DNA of 64,000 bases from Squalus acanthias (lineage: Eukaryota), in contig CM059433.1 in assembly GCA_030390025.1 (NCBI GenBank), positions 30,692,001 to 30,756,000 on the forward strand, read 5' to 3'. The notes under the pieces were generated by a model that worked only from the letters and a program-made list of their open reading frames with translations, ran no database searches and was not told the DNA's origin. Of this stretch, positions 24,041-37,130 are shown in pieces. Position numbers and translations under genes: made by a program. Positions within the stretch are counted from its first letter, which is position 1. The number at the start of each line of letters is the position of its first letter.

Positions 24041-25915
24041 TACTGGGGAACCAAGGGTCTACTGAGAATGAGGAACTTAAAGATATTACTATTAGTAAAG
24101 AAATAGTTCTGGAAAATGAAAGGGACTAAAAGCCAACAAATCCCATGGGCTTGATGGCCTACATCTTAGGGTTTTAAAAGAGGTGGCCACAGAGATAGTG
24201 AATGCATTGGTTTTGATCTTCCAGAATTCCCTAGATTCTAGAATAGTCCCTGTCAATTGGAAGGTAACAATGTAACCCTACTGTTCAAGAAAGGAGGGAG
24301 AGAGCAAACAAAGAACTACAGGCCAGTTAGCCTGATATCAGTCGTCGGGAAAATACTAGAATCTATTATTAGGGATGTGGTAACAGGGCACTTAGAAAAT
24401 CACAATATGATTGGGCAGAGTCAACACGGATTTATGAAAGGGAAATCATGTTGGACAAATCTGTTAGAGTTTTTTGAGGTTGTAACTAGCTGGGTAGAAA
24501 AGGGGGAACCAGTGGATGTAGTGTATTTGGATTTTCAAAAAGCATTCAATAAGGTGCCACACAAGAGGTTATTACACAAAATTAGGGCTCATGGGATTGT
24601 GAGTAATATATTAGCATGGATTGAGGATTGGTTAATGGACAGAACACAGAGAGTAAGAATAAATGGGTCATTTTCAGGTTGGCAGGCTGTAACTAGTGGG
24701 GTGCCACAAGGATCAGTGCTTGGGCCTCAGCTATTCACAATCTACATCAATGACCTAGATGAGGAGACCGAACGTAATATATCCAAGTTTGCTGACTATA
24801 CAAAGCTGGGTGGGAAAGTAAGTTGTGAGGAGGACGCAAAGAGGCTGCAGAGGGATATAGACAGGTTAAGTGAGTGGGCAAGAACATGGAGATGGAATAT
24901 AATGTGGGAAAATGTCAAGTTATCCACTTTGGTCAAAAAAATAGAAAAGCAGAATATTTTTTAAATGGTGAGAGATTGGGAAATGTTGGTATTCAGAGGG
25001 ACCTGGGTGTCCTTGTACACAAACTACTGAAAGTTAACATATAGGTACAGCAAGCAACTAGGAAAGCAAATGGTGTGTTAGCCTTTATTACAAAAGGATT
25101 GGAGTATAACAGTAAAGAAATCTTAATGCAAACATATAGGGCCTTGGTGAGACAATACCTGGAGTACTGTGAACAGTTTTGGTCTCCTTACCTAAGGAGG
25201 GATATACTTGCCTTAGAGGGAATGCAACTAAGATTCACCAGACTGATTTCTGGGATGGGGGGATTGTCCTATGAGGAGAGATTGAGAAGACTAGGCCTAT
25301 ATTCCCTAGAATTTAGAAGAATGAGATGTGATCTCATTGAAACATATAAAATTTTTACAGGGCTTGACAGGGTAGATGCAGGGAGGATGTTGCCCCTGAG
25401 TGGGGAGTCTAGAACCAGGGGTCACAGTCTCAGAATAAGGGGTTGGCCACTTAGGACTGAGATGAGGAGACATTTCTTCAGTCAAATGGATGTGAATCTT
25501 TGGAATTCTCTACCCCAGAGGGTTGTGGATGTTCAGTCGTTGAGTATATTCAAGACAGGGATTGATAGATTTTTGGATATTAAGGGAATCAAGGGATATG
25601 GGGACAGTGCGGGAAGGTGGAGTTGAGGTAGAAGGTCAACCATGATCTTATTGAAGGCACAAATGACCTACTCTTGCTCCTGTTTCTTATGTTTTTATGT
25701 TGTTTGTGGGAGCTTGCTGTGTGCAAATTGGCTGTCGCTTTTTCTACATTACAACAGTGACTACTCTTCAAAAGTATTTAATTGGTTGTAAATCACTTTG
25801 GGGCGTCCTGAGGATGTGAAAGGCGCTATATAAATACAAGTTCTTTCTTTCATTGTTCTTGTTTCCTGACAGTCCAGGGATGATGATGTATTGGTTGGAA
25901 GCATTGGGATTTTTA

Positions 25916-26762
25916 GGGCTGGATTTTCCAAGCCCCGAGGAGGCGGGCATGGAGGCGGGACTGCCGGTAAAGTAGCAGAAAGTGGGGGCAGATGGCAAAC
26001 CGACCCCCATCCCGCCTCCATGCCCTTTTGCCAGGAGGCGGGAAGATGTGCTGCTTTGGGTCCCGTCTCCTGGAGGCAGGAAAGGCATTTAATCTTTTTA
26101 ACTGCATGTTAACAGATCGTTAACAGGCAGAAAAAAGGATTAGTGCCATTTTACCTTCACAGGTGAAGGCTTCCCGACCTCGGAGAACCCCGCCGGGTTG
26201 GAGGAGACATGAAGGAGGTCTGCGGCGGTCAGAGGTACCTGGAAGTAAGATGTAGAGGTGAGTGATAGGTGCAAGTGTGGAGTGGTAAGTATGTAAGGTG
26301 AGTGATAAGTTAAAAAAAATGTTCACTTACCTTGTTTTCTTCCTACAGCCTTCAGCCGCGCTGGATCGGGAGACCCAACATCCTCCTTGTCGATTTCACA
26401 GACTGGCTGTTGGATCCTCCGAACCAACAGACATGTGAAATTTACAAAGTTGAAAGGTTTGATGAGTCCTGAACACAACGACTCATCAAACTACAGAGAA
26501 TGTCAATGTTTGACAGCTTCACAGAGCTGTCAAACGCTGACATTTCTTCTTTCAAGAAGTCTTGACAGATAGCACGTCTGACGTTGACGTGCTCTGTCAG
26601 TGACTTCCTCCCTAACTTGGCCTGCTGAGCCTGCAGGGCGGGCTTAACAAGGTCAATCAGAGGAAAATCCCTCTGGTTGGTCAGACGAGGATGGAGGCGG
26701 GACATTGACACGACAAGCAGCAGTCCCGCCTCCAGCCCATCTCCATTCATAAAATCCAGCCC
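25916..26762. mobile_element. Harbinger-type MITE
   Basis: Perfect TIR GGGCTGGATTTT / AAAATCCAGCCC with TTA TSD; inverted relative at 38398-39241. Confidence 0.82.
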
Positions 26763-29700
26763 TTAATCTTTGACCCAGCTATCATGAATACATGTAATAT
26801 AACCCCTGAGGATCAATCAACCAGATTTTGTATTTTAGATCATTGCCTAGATTTGGAGTAAATAATGTGATACTTCTCTTCCCTTTTATCACATTTTGCA
26901 TCCCACGCACCATCTTCTAGCAACCTTCTTCCATATCTTTGCCACATCCTGCTGTCTAACTGGCCACAATGACTTCTTTCCAGTGGGGAGGCCTCTCTCT
27001 GGCTTCACGCTGCCACAACTCTCTGAGGAGAGCCTATCATTTGGTGACTTGTGGTTGGAGAGCTACCCTTGGATTACTACATCCATCCAATTCACCACAA
27101 GTGATTTTGAGGTTATTAAAAACCCCACCAACTTTGCAGTTAAAGCCTGATGAAAATAAAATTGCAGCTCTTAATACCCTGTGATCATTTACAGAAACCA
27201 CAGTAATATCGCAGTAAATTAATTTAATCAGGTAAAGACCATTACTTTAAACTTAAACAAACAAATATTGTGGATTTAGAACTATTTATTTTACTGACGT
27301 AATTATTTTTCTGCATCAGTTGCCTATTTTTAACTTGTATATACTAATAATGTTGCTTTAGAATTTATTGTGCCTTATAATCACTGTGGTAATATATATT
27401 CTGCATTAAGTGGAACATTAGAAATATTTATGTACTATCTCGAAGTAAAAACATTCTCTGCCATATATTTTTATGATAAATGCATTTTATTACTTCAGAA
27501 TTGCTAACACTTGTGATTTAATTACCGATTTATTGATTGTGCTTTATTGTTTTAATACACAAGACTCATGAGATATAAGACTACTTTTCTCTCTCTCTCC
27601 ATCTCCCTATTTTTCCCTGTGAATTGTATGTATTAAAACTATCATTGCAAAATCAGTGAATCATAAACATAATTATAAGTAGTGGCAGTGCTGGGAATAT
27701 TTCTTTCACCTCACTTACTGTGATTCTATAATTCTGAGAAAAATTATCTAGTTAACAGTGATCTGGAGTTTAAAAAGATCTGAAATAATGTGATAAACTA
27801 GCCTTGTAGACATTTACTATATGTAATTAAAATGCATATAAATACACACCCTTCCCTGAATAAAGAACACACGCAGTTGTTTACAAGCTATTTTATGTTA
27901 GGACTGTGTAGAAATTCTAACTGGCTCTGGATACAGCTCATAAAAATAAATCAGTCAGTTGGTCAGTGAAAACTTCAATATATCGACTATCATTAAAACC
28001 TTCCTTCAACTATAAATTTAGTTTTACAATATTAATTTTCGGTTTAACGTCTTTTCGGATGAGACTTTAAACCGAGGCCCCGTCTGCCCTCTCAGGTGGA
28101 TGTAAAAGATCCCATGGCCACTATTTCAAAGATAAGCAGGGGAGTTCTCCCCAGTGTCCTGGCCAATATTTATCACTCAACCAACACCTAAAAGCAGATT
28201 ATCTGGCCATTATTATATTGGTGTTTTTGGGACCTTGCTGTGTGCAAATTGGATGCCACGTTTCCTATATTAGAACAGTGACTACACTTCAAAAGTACTT
28301 GATTGTAAAGCACTTTGGGACATCCTGAGTTGCAAAAGACACTAAGTTAAAAAAAAAAACAGCAATCTACTTTAGGAGAAGATACAATGAAGCACACAAT
28401 GAGAATAGGCAATTCAGAGACCATTCCTTCCTCAGGCCATGCACGCTCTACTGTATCATGGACTCTGCACCACTTATTTCATCCCTTCAGGGAAGGTTCC
28501 GCATAAATCTTACCCGATACCCAAAGATAAGCAGGAAAAAATTCTAGACTATCCACCCATTCCCATCTCTTCACTGTTCAATCCTGGCCTGCAAATTTTT
28601 GTCCAGGCTGGGCAGCTAAAATTGACTCCCATGCCTTTTCGTACTTGTGACTCCTACTGAAAGGGACAGAACTTCCCATTTCTAGTAACTGGAATGTGGC
28701 TGTGATCGGAAAGAGTCGCCAAATGGTCAGTCTCTGCCAGGACGGCAAAATCTAATACGGTTACAAATACACATATAACTTTTTTTCCACTTTTACAGTA
28801 GGGAATTATTTGAATAGACAATATTCCTGAGGTATTTTCCATCCGCGTTAAGGGTTTTTTTTAATTGATTCTTGAGATGTGGGTGTTGCTGGCAAATCTG
28901 GCATTTATTGCCCTCCCCTAATTGTGGTGGTGGGCTTTCTTCTTGAACCGCTGCAGTCTGTGTAGTGAAGGCACTCCCAAAATGCTCTTAGGTAGGGAGT
29001 TTCAGGATTTTGACCCAGTGACGATGAAGGATTGGCAATAAATGTCCAAGTCAGAATGGCGTGTGACTTGGAGAAGATCTTGGAGGTGATGGTGTTACAA
29101 TGCGCCTGCTGCCCTTTTCCTTCTGGGTGGTGGAGGTTGCGGGTTTGGGAAGGTGCTGCCGAAGAAGCCTTGGAGAGTGGCTGCAGTGTATGTTTCACCT
29201 GTGAAATGTGGTTTTATTTCCATTGCTCTTCCTCCATATCGATGTTATAAATATTATGCTGATAAAGCTCCACCCATATAACTACAAGCTACCAAAACAG
29301 GGGCAATGTTGGAAAGAATTTCTTGGAGTTTAATAAAACTCTTCCAAAAAAAGACAGATTAGGCTACAGTTTCCATTGAAGTATGCATTTATATAGCGCC
29401 TTTCACGACCTCAGGACGTCCCAAAGTGCTTCCCAGCCAATGCAGTACTTTTGAAGTGCAGCCACTGTTGTAATGTAAGAAATACAGCAGCCAACTTGCA
29501 CAAAGCAAGGTCCCACAAACAGCAAATGAGATAGCTGACCAGTTAATCTGTTTTTGGTGGTAATGGTTGAGGGATAAGCATTGACCAGGGTATCAGGTGA
29601 ACTCCCTTGCTCTTTTTCGAAATGTGGCGGAGCATCTGATCAAGAGGCGGGACCTTGGTAGAACAATTCATCTAAAAGATGGTATGTCCTACAATACAGC

Positions 29701-31620
29701 ACTCCCTCAGTACAGCACTGAATGGTCAGCCTGGGTTATGTGCTGGAGACCATAGTACGACTTGAACCCACAACCATCTGACTCAGAGTTGAGAGCCTGA
29801 ACACCAGGCCAAGCTGACACTTTACACGAGTTATACACAGACAAGTGGGTTACTTGGTCTGCCGAATTTGTCCCGGATGTTCATCCATGCTCTTATATCC
29901 CCTAGTGCACTGCATCTGTATTTGGGACCAGAATGTGGAAAATAGGCTCCTCCATCACTTGGTCCTGTTGATGCTGCATTGTTCCTTCTCTTCTCAACCT
30001 TCGATCTCCAGTATTGATCTCTATTTTCATTCAAAATAGAGTAAAACCAATACTATCTACCTATGGAAGTTATTTTTTATGATGCCATACATGTAGCGAT
30101 ATCAATTTCTACCTCCCCCCCCCCTCGCTCTCACAGTTACCAAACCAGATGTATAAAACTGGATATCTATGTAGTGGGTTCACATATTTTCACTGGCTTT
30201 CCTCCAAGTCAGCTGTGACTTTTCACCATGACCAGAGAGCACAGATTTAAGATAATTGGCACAAGTACCAGGGGGGAGGATGAGGAGAATTTTTTAACCC
30301 AGCAAGTTGTTATGATCTGGAATACACAGCCTGAAAGGCCAATGGAAGCAGATTCAATAGTAACTTTCAAAAGGGAATTGGATAAATACTTGAAAAGGTA
30401 GAATTTTCAGGGCTATGGGGAATGAGCAGGAGAATGGGCCTAATTGAATAGCTCTTTCAAAGAGCTGGCACAGACACGATGGGCTGAATGGCCTTCTTCT
30501 GTGCTGTATCATTCGATGATTCTATGATAATGAGCAGCTAACGACTTTCATTCATATAGGAAGCAACCTGCATTTCTATAGCCCCTTTCATAATCTCAGA
30601 CATCCCAAAGTCAGTGAAGTACTTTTGAAGTGTAGTCACTGTTGTAATGTAGGAAACGCGGTCAGCCAATTTGCACACAGCAAGGTCCCACAAACAGCAA
30701 TGAGGTAAATGACCAGATAATCTGTTTTTATGATGTTGTTTGAGGGATAAATATTGGCCAGGACAACGGGGCGAACTCCCCTGCTCTTCTTCAAAATAGT
30801 GCCATGGGATCTTTTACGTCCACCTGAGAGGGCAGATGGGGCCTCGGTTTAACATCGAAAAGAAGGCACCTCCGACAGTGCACCACTCCCTCATTACTGC
30901 ACTGGAGAGTCAGCCAAGAATTTGTGCTCAAGTCCTTGATGTGGGACTTGAACCCACGAACTTCTAGACTCAGAGGCAAGGGTGCTACCACCCGAGCCAT
31001 GGACTACACCACCACATACTGCCTTTCACATCCCAAGAACACCCTAACAGCCAGTGAATTACTTTTGAAATGTTGTTTTATAGGCATAGAGCTGGAATTT
31101 TGAAAATTTACTGACACTTTGCTTTCTTAAATCATCCCAGCTTTTACATCCATTTGCATTTCCAGTCTGAACATATCCCTAAAAGGCAAAGCGTGAAAGA
31201 AAAGAAAGATAAAGTTTAACAGCTGTTAATCCACAGCCCTGAGTCTAATCGGTGCTCAACTGTGTAACAGTGACAGCCATGGCTCAGTCCCATAGGGAGG
31301 TGCCAATGGAAGACAGCTGAATAATGATTAGATCAGGCCCTGCGACAGCACAAATTTACTCATGTCTTCACGTGTGTCAGATGATATCTGGAAAAGCATG
31401 CAGCAGCCCTTTCGAGGAATCTGCAGACAAGGTATCAAGGGAATAGGGAAGTGATTACATGGCTGGCAAAAGTGATGAAGACGAACCATAAAATAATGTG
31501 CTGTGGTGGCAGCTGCTGTGTTGGAAAGTAGAAATGACAAGACCGCATGACGATAAGCTGACACTCAATAAAAAAAGAAATGATAAGAACCGACTGACTC
31601 TATACAGGAGCGGCCTTTAC

Positions 31621-31777
31621 CTGCGGGACTTGGCGAAGGTCCCGAGAGGTCGGGTCTGAGCTGATGATGCAAGGCTGTGAGCGGACGCTGAGGGAGAATG
31701 GGCGGTAATCTCAGTAGGGACGGCGGGTAACCACGGGAACCCTTCCGACAGCGCTGTTGTCATTGTGGGTAAGATGC
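31621..31777 (-). other. Exon-like Ser/Thr/Pro/Ala-rich segment (alternative or decayed EYS spacer exon)
   Basis: Acceptor ctctctttctcaacag| and donor GCAG|gtaaag; 157 nt. Phase-1 reading GILPTMTTALSEGFPWLPAVPTEITAHSPSASAHSLASSAQTRPLGTFAKSR is open but exits in phase 2. Confidence 0.5.
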
Positions 31778-32189
31778 CTGTTGAGAAAGAGAGCTGTTAA
31801 TGGGGTGCAAAGTTAAATCAACCGCGAGAGGTTACAAACAGAGTTGAGCAGTGCCTGTTGGAGTCATGGGGATGAGGAATTGATCTGTCTCACTTCAATG
31901 ATGAAGTGGCAGTGCACTAAACGAGCAGTTTGTTCCAATTTTGGCACGGATGCAACTTGTTGAGGAATGTGTGTGAACACCCATCGGACTTGGGAAGTGG
32001 TACAAGTGGATTCTTGAGGTAGTGGTGCTGTTTCTCGACTCCGCGTCATCAGCATGGTCAGTTCCCTAAAGAACACTGGTCCTCTCTTAGGCCTTCGGTT
32101 CAGGGTAATGTGGACCAAGCAGGCCCGAGATGTACTGCCAGTTTCCACATCACTCTTTGCTCAGTGACAACGCAACACTGTCCATACAA

Positions 32190-32614
32190 TACTTGCACCA
32201 GAAGTCTGTACACTTGTACTTCAACCAGAACTCTGTACACATGTGCTTCCACATCACCTCTGTATATATGTGTAATTGCACCAGAGCACTGTACACATGT
32301 GCTTGCACATCACCTCTGTACACATGTGCTTGCACCAGAGCGCTGTACACATGTGCTGCCACATCACCTCTGTGCACATGTGCTTGCACCAGAGCGCTGT
32401 ACACATGTGCTTGCACCAGAGTGCTGTACACATGTGCTGCCACATCACCTCTGTACACATGTGCTTGCACAAGAGCACTGTACACATGTCATTGCACAAG
32501 AGCGCTGTACACATGTGCTTGCACCAGAGCGCTGTACACATGTGTTTGCGCATCACCTCTGTATATGTGTACGTGCACCATGTGTGCTTGCACCAGACTG
32601 CTATACATGTGTAC
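32190..32614. repeat. 27-bp minisatellite with two unit types
   Basis: Units acacatgtgcttgcaccagagcgctgt and acacatgtgctgccacatcacctctgt are interspersed; the array resumes at 33211-33245 after the LTR. Confidence 0.92.
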
Positions 32615-33210
32615 TGTTGGACATGTTGGAGAGTTGAGAGTTAATAATGGACTATAGTAGCCATAGTGAACTATAGTAACTGAGAGTGGTCGATGGACCA
32701 GCAGGGTGTCTGGGAACACAAAGAAAGATGAAACATGGAATACAAAGGGGTTCTGTTCCACTCCAGATATCTGGTTATCAACTGGAATGCATGGGTGGGC
32801 TGGCTAGAATGGTCATCGACCCTTGGTGATTAATGTAAGACGCTTATTTGTAATTCTCGAAGTCCGAACAGTAGTAAGAGAAAGGCTTACATTAATGAAT
32901 AACTATAGTCCATATTATAGATGCTTTGAAATAATCATAAGTTGGGAAGTATCTCATGTGGGAGTTAGAAGGAGTTGACAGTCCGAAGGTCTGTCTATGC
33001 ATGAAATACCAGTTTGTGTTAAACAACCAGTGTATAACAAGGGGTGAGGTTGCAGGGCTAAGTCAGATAGCAGGAGTGAGAGGAACCTGAATTACTACCC
33101 TTTGTATTGTATAGACTGTTTATCTGTGCTGTACAAATAAAGTCTGTTCTATACACTTAACTGTCTCGTGCTTACTCGAAGTGTGTTGCTGTGAACCACA
33201 GAGGTTGACA
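32615..33210 (+). mobile_element. Solo LTR, 596 bp (Gypsy-like)
   Basis: TG...CA termini; 5-bp TSD TGTAC (32610-32614 and 33211-33215); AATAAA near 33136; inserted in the minisatellite. Confidence 0.8.
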
Positions 33211-34315
33211 TGTACTTGCACCAGACTTCTATACATGTATGCTTGAATGTAACCGTTACATGCGGGAGTCAGCTTTTGGCTTAGTGGTTGCATTCATGTC
33301 TTTAACTCTGAAGATTCCAGGTTTGATCCCTGCTCCAGACAGTCCTGGCTCCGGCTCTGAATTCTGGGTTGACATCCAGTGGGATACTCATGTCCGGTGA
33401 GTGTAGATGGCCCCCTCCCTCCCCAATCCTCACTTGTAGGTGCCATAAAACCCTTTGGTACAGAACTGACCACCATATTGGCTGGTATAAAGATGGTTAC
33501 AGCCATGGAATGAGTGGTCATGTCTGACTGATAATCAGCCTGCAAATCCTTCCACTAGTTCACACTGTTCTCTAAGGGAAGACTGTGATGTTAAGGATAC
33601 AACAACAACCTCATGTTATGCTTGCACAAGACCTTAATAGGACCATCTGCCAACATTAAAAACATTAAGATTTAAATTTGCGCAGCCCCCACTCAGATAG
33701 TCCTCAATCAACTGGGAGCTTATTAAACTTTGCTTTACTCCAAGCTGCAGTTATACCGCAATGGGTACAAAGTCCAAACGTAGTGAAGTTACACCTCTCC
33801 CCTAAGTGCACCTCGGCTGACTTTGCAACAGAATTAGTGCACTGCTACATCAAAATCACTTTCCAGTTGGAATATCATAGAATCATAGAATGATACTGCA
33901 AAAAATTCGGCCCATCATGCCTGTGTCGGCTCTTTGGTAGATCCGTTCAATTAATCCCTTTCTCCATAGCCCTTCAAGAATTTATCCAATTCTCTTTTGA
34001 AAGTTATTATTGAATCTGCTTCCACCACCCTTTCAGGAAGTGCATTCCAGATCATAACAACTCGCTGTGTAAAAAAATGTTTCCTCATGTCGCCTCTGGT
34101 TCTTTTGCCAATCACCTAAAATCTGTGTCCTTTGGTTACCGACCCTTCTGTCACTGGAAACAGTTTCTCCTTATTTACTCTATCTAAACCCTTCATGATT
34201 TTGAACACCGCTATTAAATCTTCTCTTAATTTTCTCTGCTCGAAGGGCTTCTCAAAAAGTCAACGAAGATTTCAGGTGGAATCTTTCCCTTCTGATGTTA
34301 TTTGGTTGCTATTTA

Positions 34316-34679
34316 CAGGAAACTCTTTATTAACCGGCACCGATGGGACCGGCGTGGTGCCGGTTAATCAAAAAGTCCGGATAACGGAGAGTTATATCTC
34401 CCAACGTACGAGAGCCCCGTACACACTGACATGCGCCTGCATTCGGAGCTCCGTCTCCCCGGAGACCGCCAGCTGACCATCTGTCGTGTCCGCTGCCTAC
34501 CCGAGCTGCACATTCCCCTCCCAATCTACATGCTCCGATACAAGGCAAACGCCTCGGGGTCTTTTTTAAAGTTATTTTTAAAGGAGAGATGAAGGAAAAC
34601 CCCGGTTACCTACTCAAGAATTTTGCCGGTTAAGAGAGATTTCCGGTTATTTGGGTGCCGGTTAAAAGAGAGTTTCCTG
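34316..34679. mobile_element. Tc1/mariner (pogo/Tigger-like) MITE, same termini as 23474-24040, opposite orientation
   Basis: Same CAGGAAACTCT TIR and TA TSD; different interior. Confidence 0.82.
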
Positions 34680-36319
34680 TACTAGGTTTTTGTATACAGG
34701 TAATCTTCAGCATAATTCTTACTAATTGTTTCATAATTTTACACATATTAAAGTAAAACCGATGGAATTATATAGTTTCCCTGATTAGATTTGTCATCAC
34801 TTTGAATAAGGGTACTAAGTAAGTTCATTTTCAACCCAGTGGGACCTTCCCTTAAATCAATGTCTTTCTCATAATGATTGCCAGCACTCCACAATCTCTT
34901 TTCGTACCCTGAGATCAATATCATCTGTCCCTGGGGATTTGTGCTTTTTTTCCCAGCCCGTTAAGCTTATCTAGAACCACTATCTCATAAATACCAAAGT
35001 CTGTAAGCATACTTTGATGATCTTTGCTTGTAGAAGATCTTTTGCAGGGAATACTTCAAGATGGTAACTGTTGAGTATTGCATGTTAAACGTTAGTTTAG
35101 TTTTTTATCTGATAGTCTTCGAATGGATTTCTATTATAGTACAAGAGGGATTTCTTGCAATTGTGTTTAGTGTGTGTAGCTATGCTCATTTCCAGCTTCC
35201 TCTTTGCTCTTCCTCCCAACCTTTTAACATCTTTCTGAAGGTTCTTTCATTTATCAGAGTGGATCCCCTCAACTTTCTCTCTACAGGCTTTATAAAGTTC
35301 ACTTCAGATGGTGATATATATGTACACCCAGACCAACCCCAACAGCCCACTTTAGGAAAAGAACCAAATGGAAGAAGAGCCCCCACACCACCAAAGGGAA
35401 AGAACGAGAATACCACAAGAAAACAGATTTAAAAAAAAATAATCACCCAGCAAAACTGATGTCAAACTCAAAAACAAAACCCAAATAATTACAGATTGAA
35501 ATCAGTATCACAGCACCCTAGGGACAAGCAAATGGACATCACCTTTCATCCCATTATATAGCGTCTTTAACATAGTAAAATGACCCAAGGCGCTTCACAA
35601 GAGTGATTATCAAACTAAATTTGAGACCGAATCATATAAGGAGATATTAGGACAGGAAAGCTTGGTCACAGAGCTATGTTTTAAGGAGCATCTTAAAGGA
35701 GGAGAGCGAGAGAGAGGTAGAGAGGCGAGAGGTTTAGGGAGGGAATTTCAGAGCTTAGGGCCTAGGCAGCTGAAGACATGGCCGACAATGGTGGAGTGAA
35801 GGAAATCAGGGATGCACAAGAGGCCAGAATTGGAGGAGTGCAGAGATCTCAGAAGGTTGTAAGGCTGGAGAAGGTTACAGAGATAAGGAGGGACGAGGCC
35901 ATAATGCTCTACACCAAACCTGGAATCAGAAACTAATAGCATTTACAATGAATCCAAATATCAAGGGTACTCGTGGGAATTGAACACATAATCACACAGC
36001 AATGTTAATACATAGCATCAAACCATCAATGCAGCTAACTGAATCTGGCAGAATAATTGAAACCCAGTAAAAAGTCAAGAAAGGCTCAAATGTGTTAGTA
36101 GCTTTGCCACAAATGAGGTAATTGTCTCTGCCTACTGAATAAAGTTCAAATATAACAATGACAATGCCCAAAAAAATAAAACACAGTGATAAATCACCGA
36201 AATTAAAGCTTTTCCAGTGTGATTTTCCTGCTCTTCATGTTAACTGTGCCAATCCGATTACCTACTGTGTCTTTGGCTTCTAGCTAAGAAATGGATAATG
36301 CAATGCCACTCCATTGGGT

Positions 36320-36591
36320 CATGATGCGGAGATGCCGCATCTCCGCATCATGACCACTATCGACACCACAAACTGCCGGCTCAAAGTGGAGAGAATCGCC
36401 AAGAAGATCGCGCATATCGACATTATTGGTCTGCAATTGTAAAGTACACATGCTTTTTTTTCCATCTATATATGCTCTGGCGATTCTGTATCCAATTTAC
36501 TTCACCTGAGGAAGGAGTGATAGCTCCGAAAGCTTGTGATTTCAAATAAAACTGTTGGACTATAACCTGGTGTTGTGCGACCTCTCAATTT
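36320..36591 (+). mobile_element. Short Penelope-like insertion with 5' hairpin, ORF-start remnant and hammerhead-containing 3' end
   Basis: 12-bp TSD actccattgggt (36308-36319 and 36592-36603); MTTIDTTNCRLKVERIAKKIAHID; hammerhead core followed by AATAAA. Confidence 0.75.
36502..36539 (+). ncRNA. Minimal type I hammerhead ribozyme
   Basis: UCAC-CUGAGGA-A-GGAG(UGAUAG)CUCC-GAAA-GC-UU-GUGA: stem I UCAC/GUGA, stem II GGAG/CUCC, loopless palindromic stem III (AGCU). Confidence 0.75.
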
Positions 36592-36679
36592 ACTCCATTG
36601 GGTAACATAGAAGTAAATGCTGTTTCTCCTCTAGCACCATGCAAATGTGTACCTTTTTCAGAGTAGTGAGTTTCTAAAG

Positions 36680-37130
36680 TGTCAGCCATGTCTCAGTTGA
36701 TAGCATTCTGACATCCGAGGTCAGGAGGTTGTGGGCTCATAGCCCCACTCCAGAGACTTGAGCACATAATCCAGGCTGATACTCCCAGTGCAGTACTGAG
36801 GGGAGTGCTGTTGGAGGTGCAGTCTTACTGGTGAGATGTTAAACTCCATCTGCCCTCTCAGGAGGACGTAAAAGATCCCGTGGCACTATTTTGAAGAGAA
36901 GCAGAGGAGTTCTCCCCAGTGCTCTGGGCCAATGTTTATCCCTCATCACTAAAAAACAGATTATCTGGTCATTATCTCACTGCTGTTTGTCGGAGTTTGC
37001 TGTGCACAAATTGGCTGCTGCGTTTCCCTACATTACAACAGAGACTACACTTCAAAAAAGTACTGTAAGGCACTTTGGGCCGTCCTGAGGTCGTGAAAAG
37101 TGCTATATAAATTTAAGTTTCTTTCTTTTC
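36680..37130 (+). mobile_element. tRNA-derived Deu-domain SINE (SacSINE1-like), representative copy
   Basis: tRNA-like head, core cagtgcagtactgagggagtgctg, (CTTT)n tail. Other copies at about 15905-17040, 28050-28350, 29385-29820 (-), 30568-31005 (-), 49847-50283 (-), 52860-53275 (-) and 60925-61285. Family name is from recall. Confidence 0.72.

Larger units (their letters stand above)
21995..25700 (+). mobile_element. Degenerate near-complete CR1 ORF2 with nested Penelope and Tigger-like insertions
   Basis: Endonuclease (IYRPP) and RT ([10 protein letters not shown]) fragments in broken ORFs from 22312 to 25626; 3' tail. Confidence 0.92.

Noticed and set aside
27180..28040. Long AT-rich, TE-free stretch as a possible conserved enhancer
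   Set aside because: No motif or structure supportable without cross-species alignment.
32110..32657. Cys/His-rich repetitive ORFs resembling metallothionein, zinc-finger or keratin-associated proteins; also a superficially CRISPR-like array
   Set aside because: By-product of a stop-free 27-bp minisatellite open on both strands. No splice signals, no unique spacers, no cas genes, and the context is eukaryotic.
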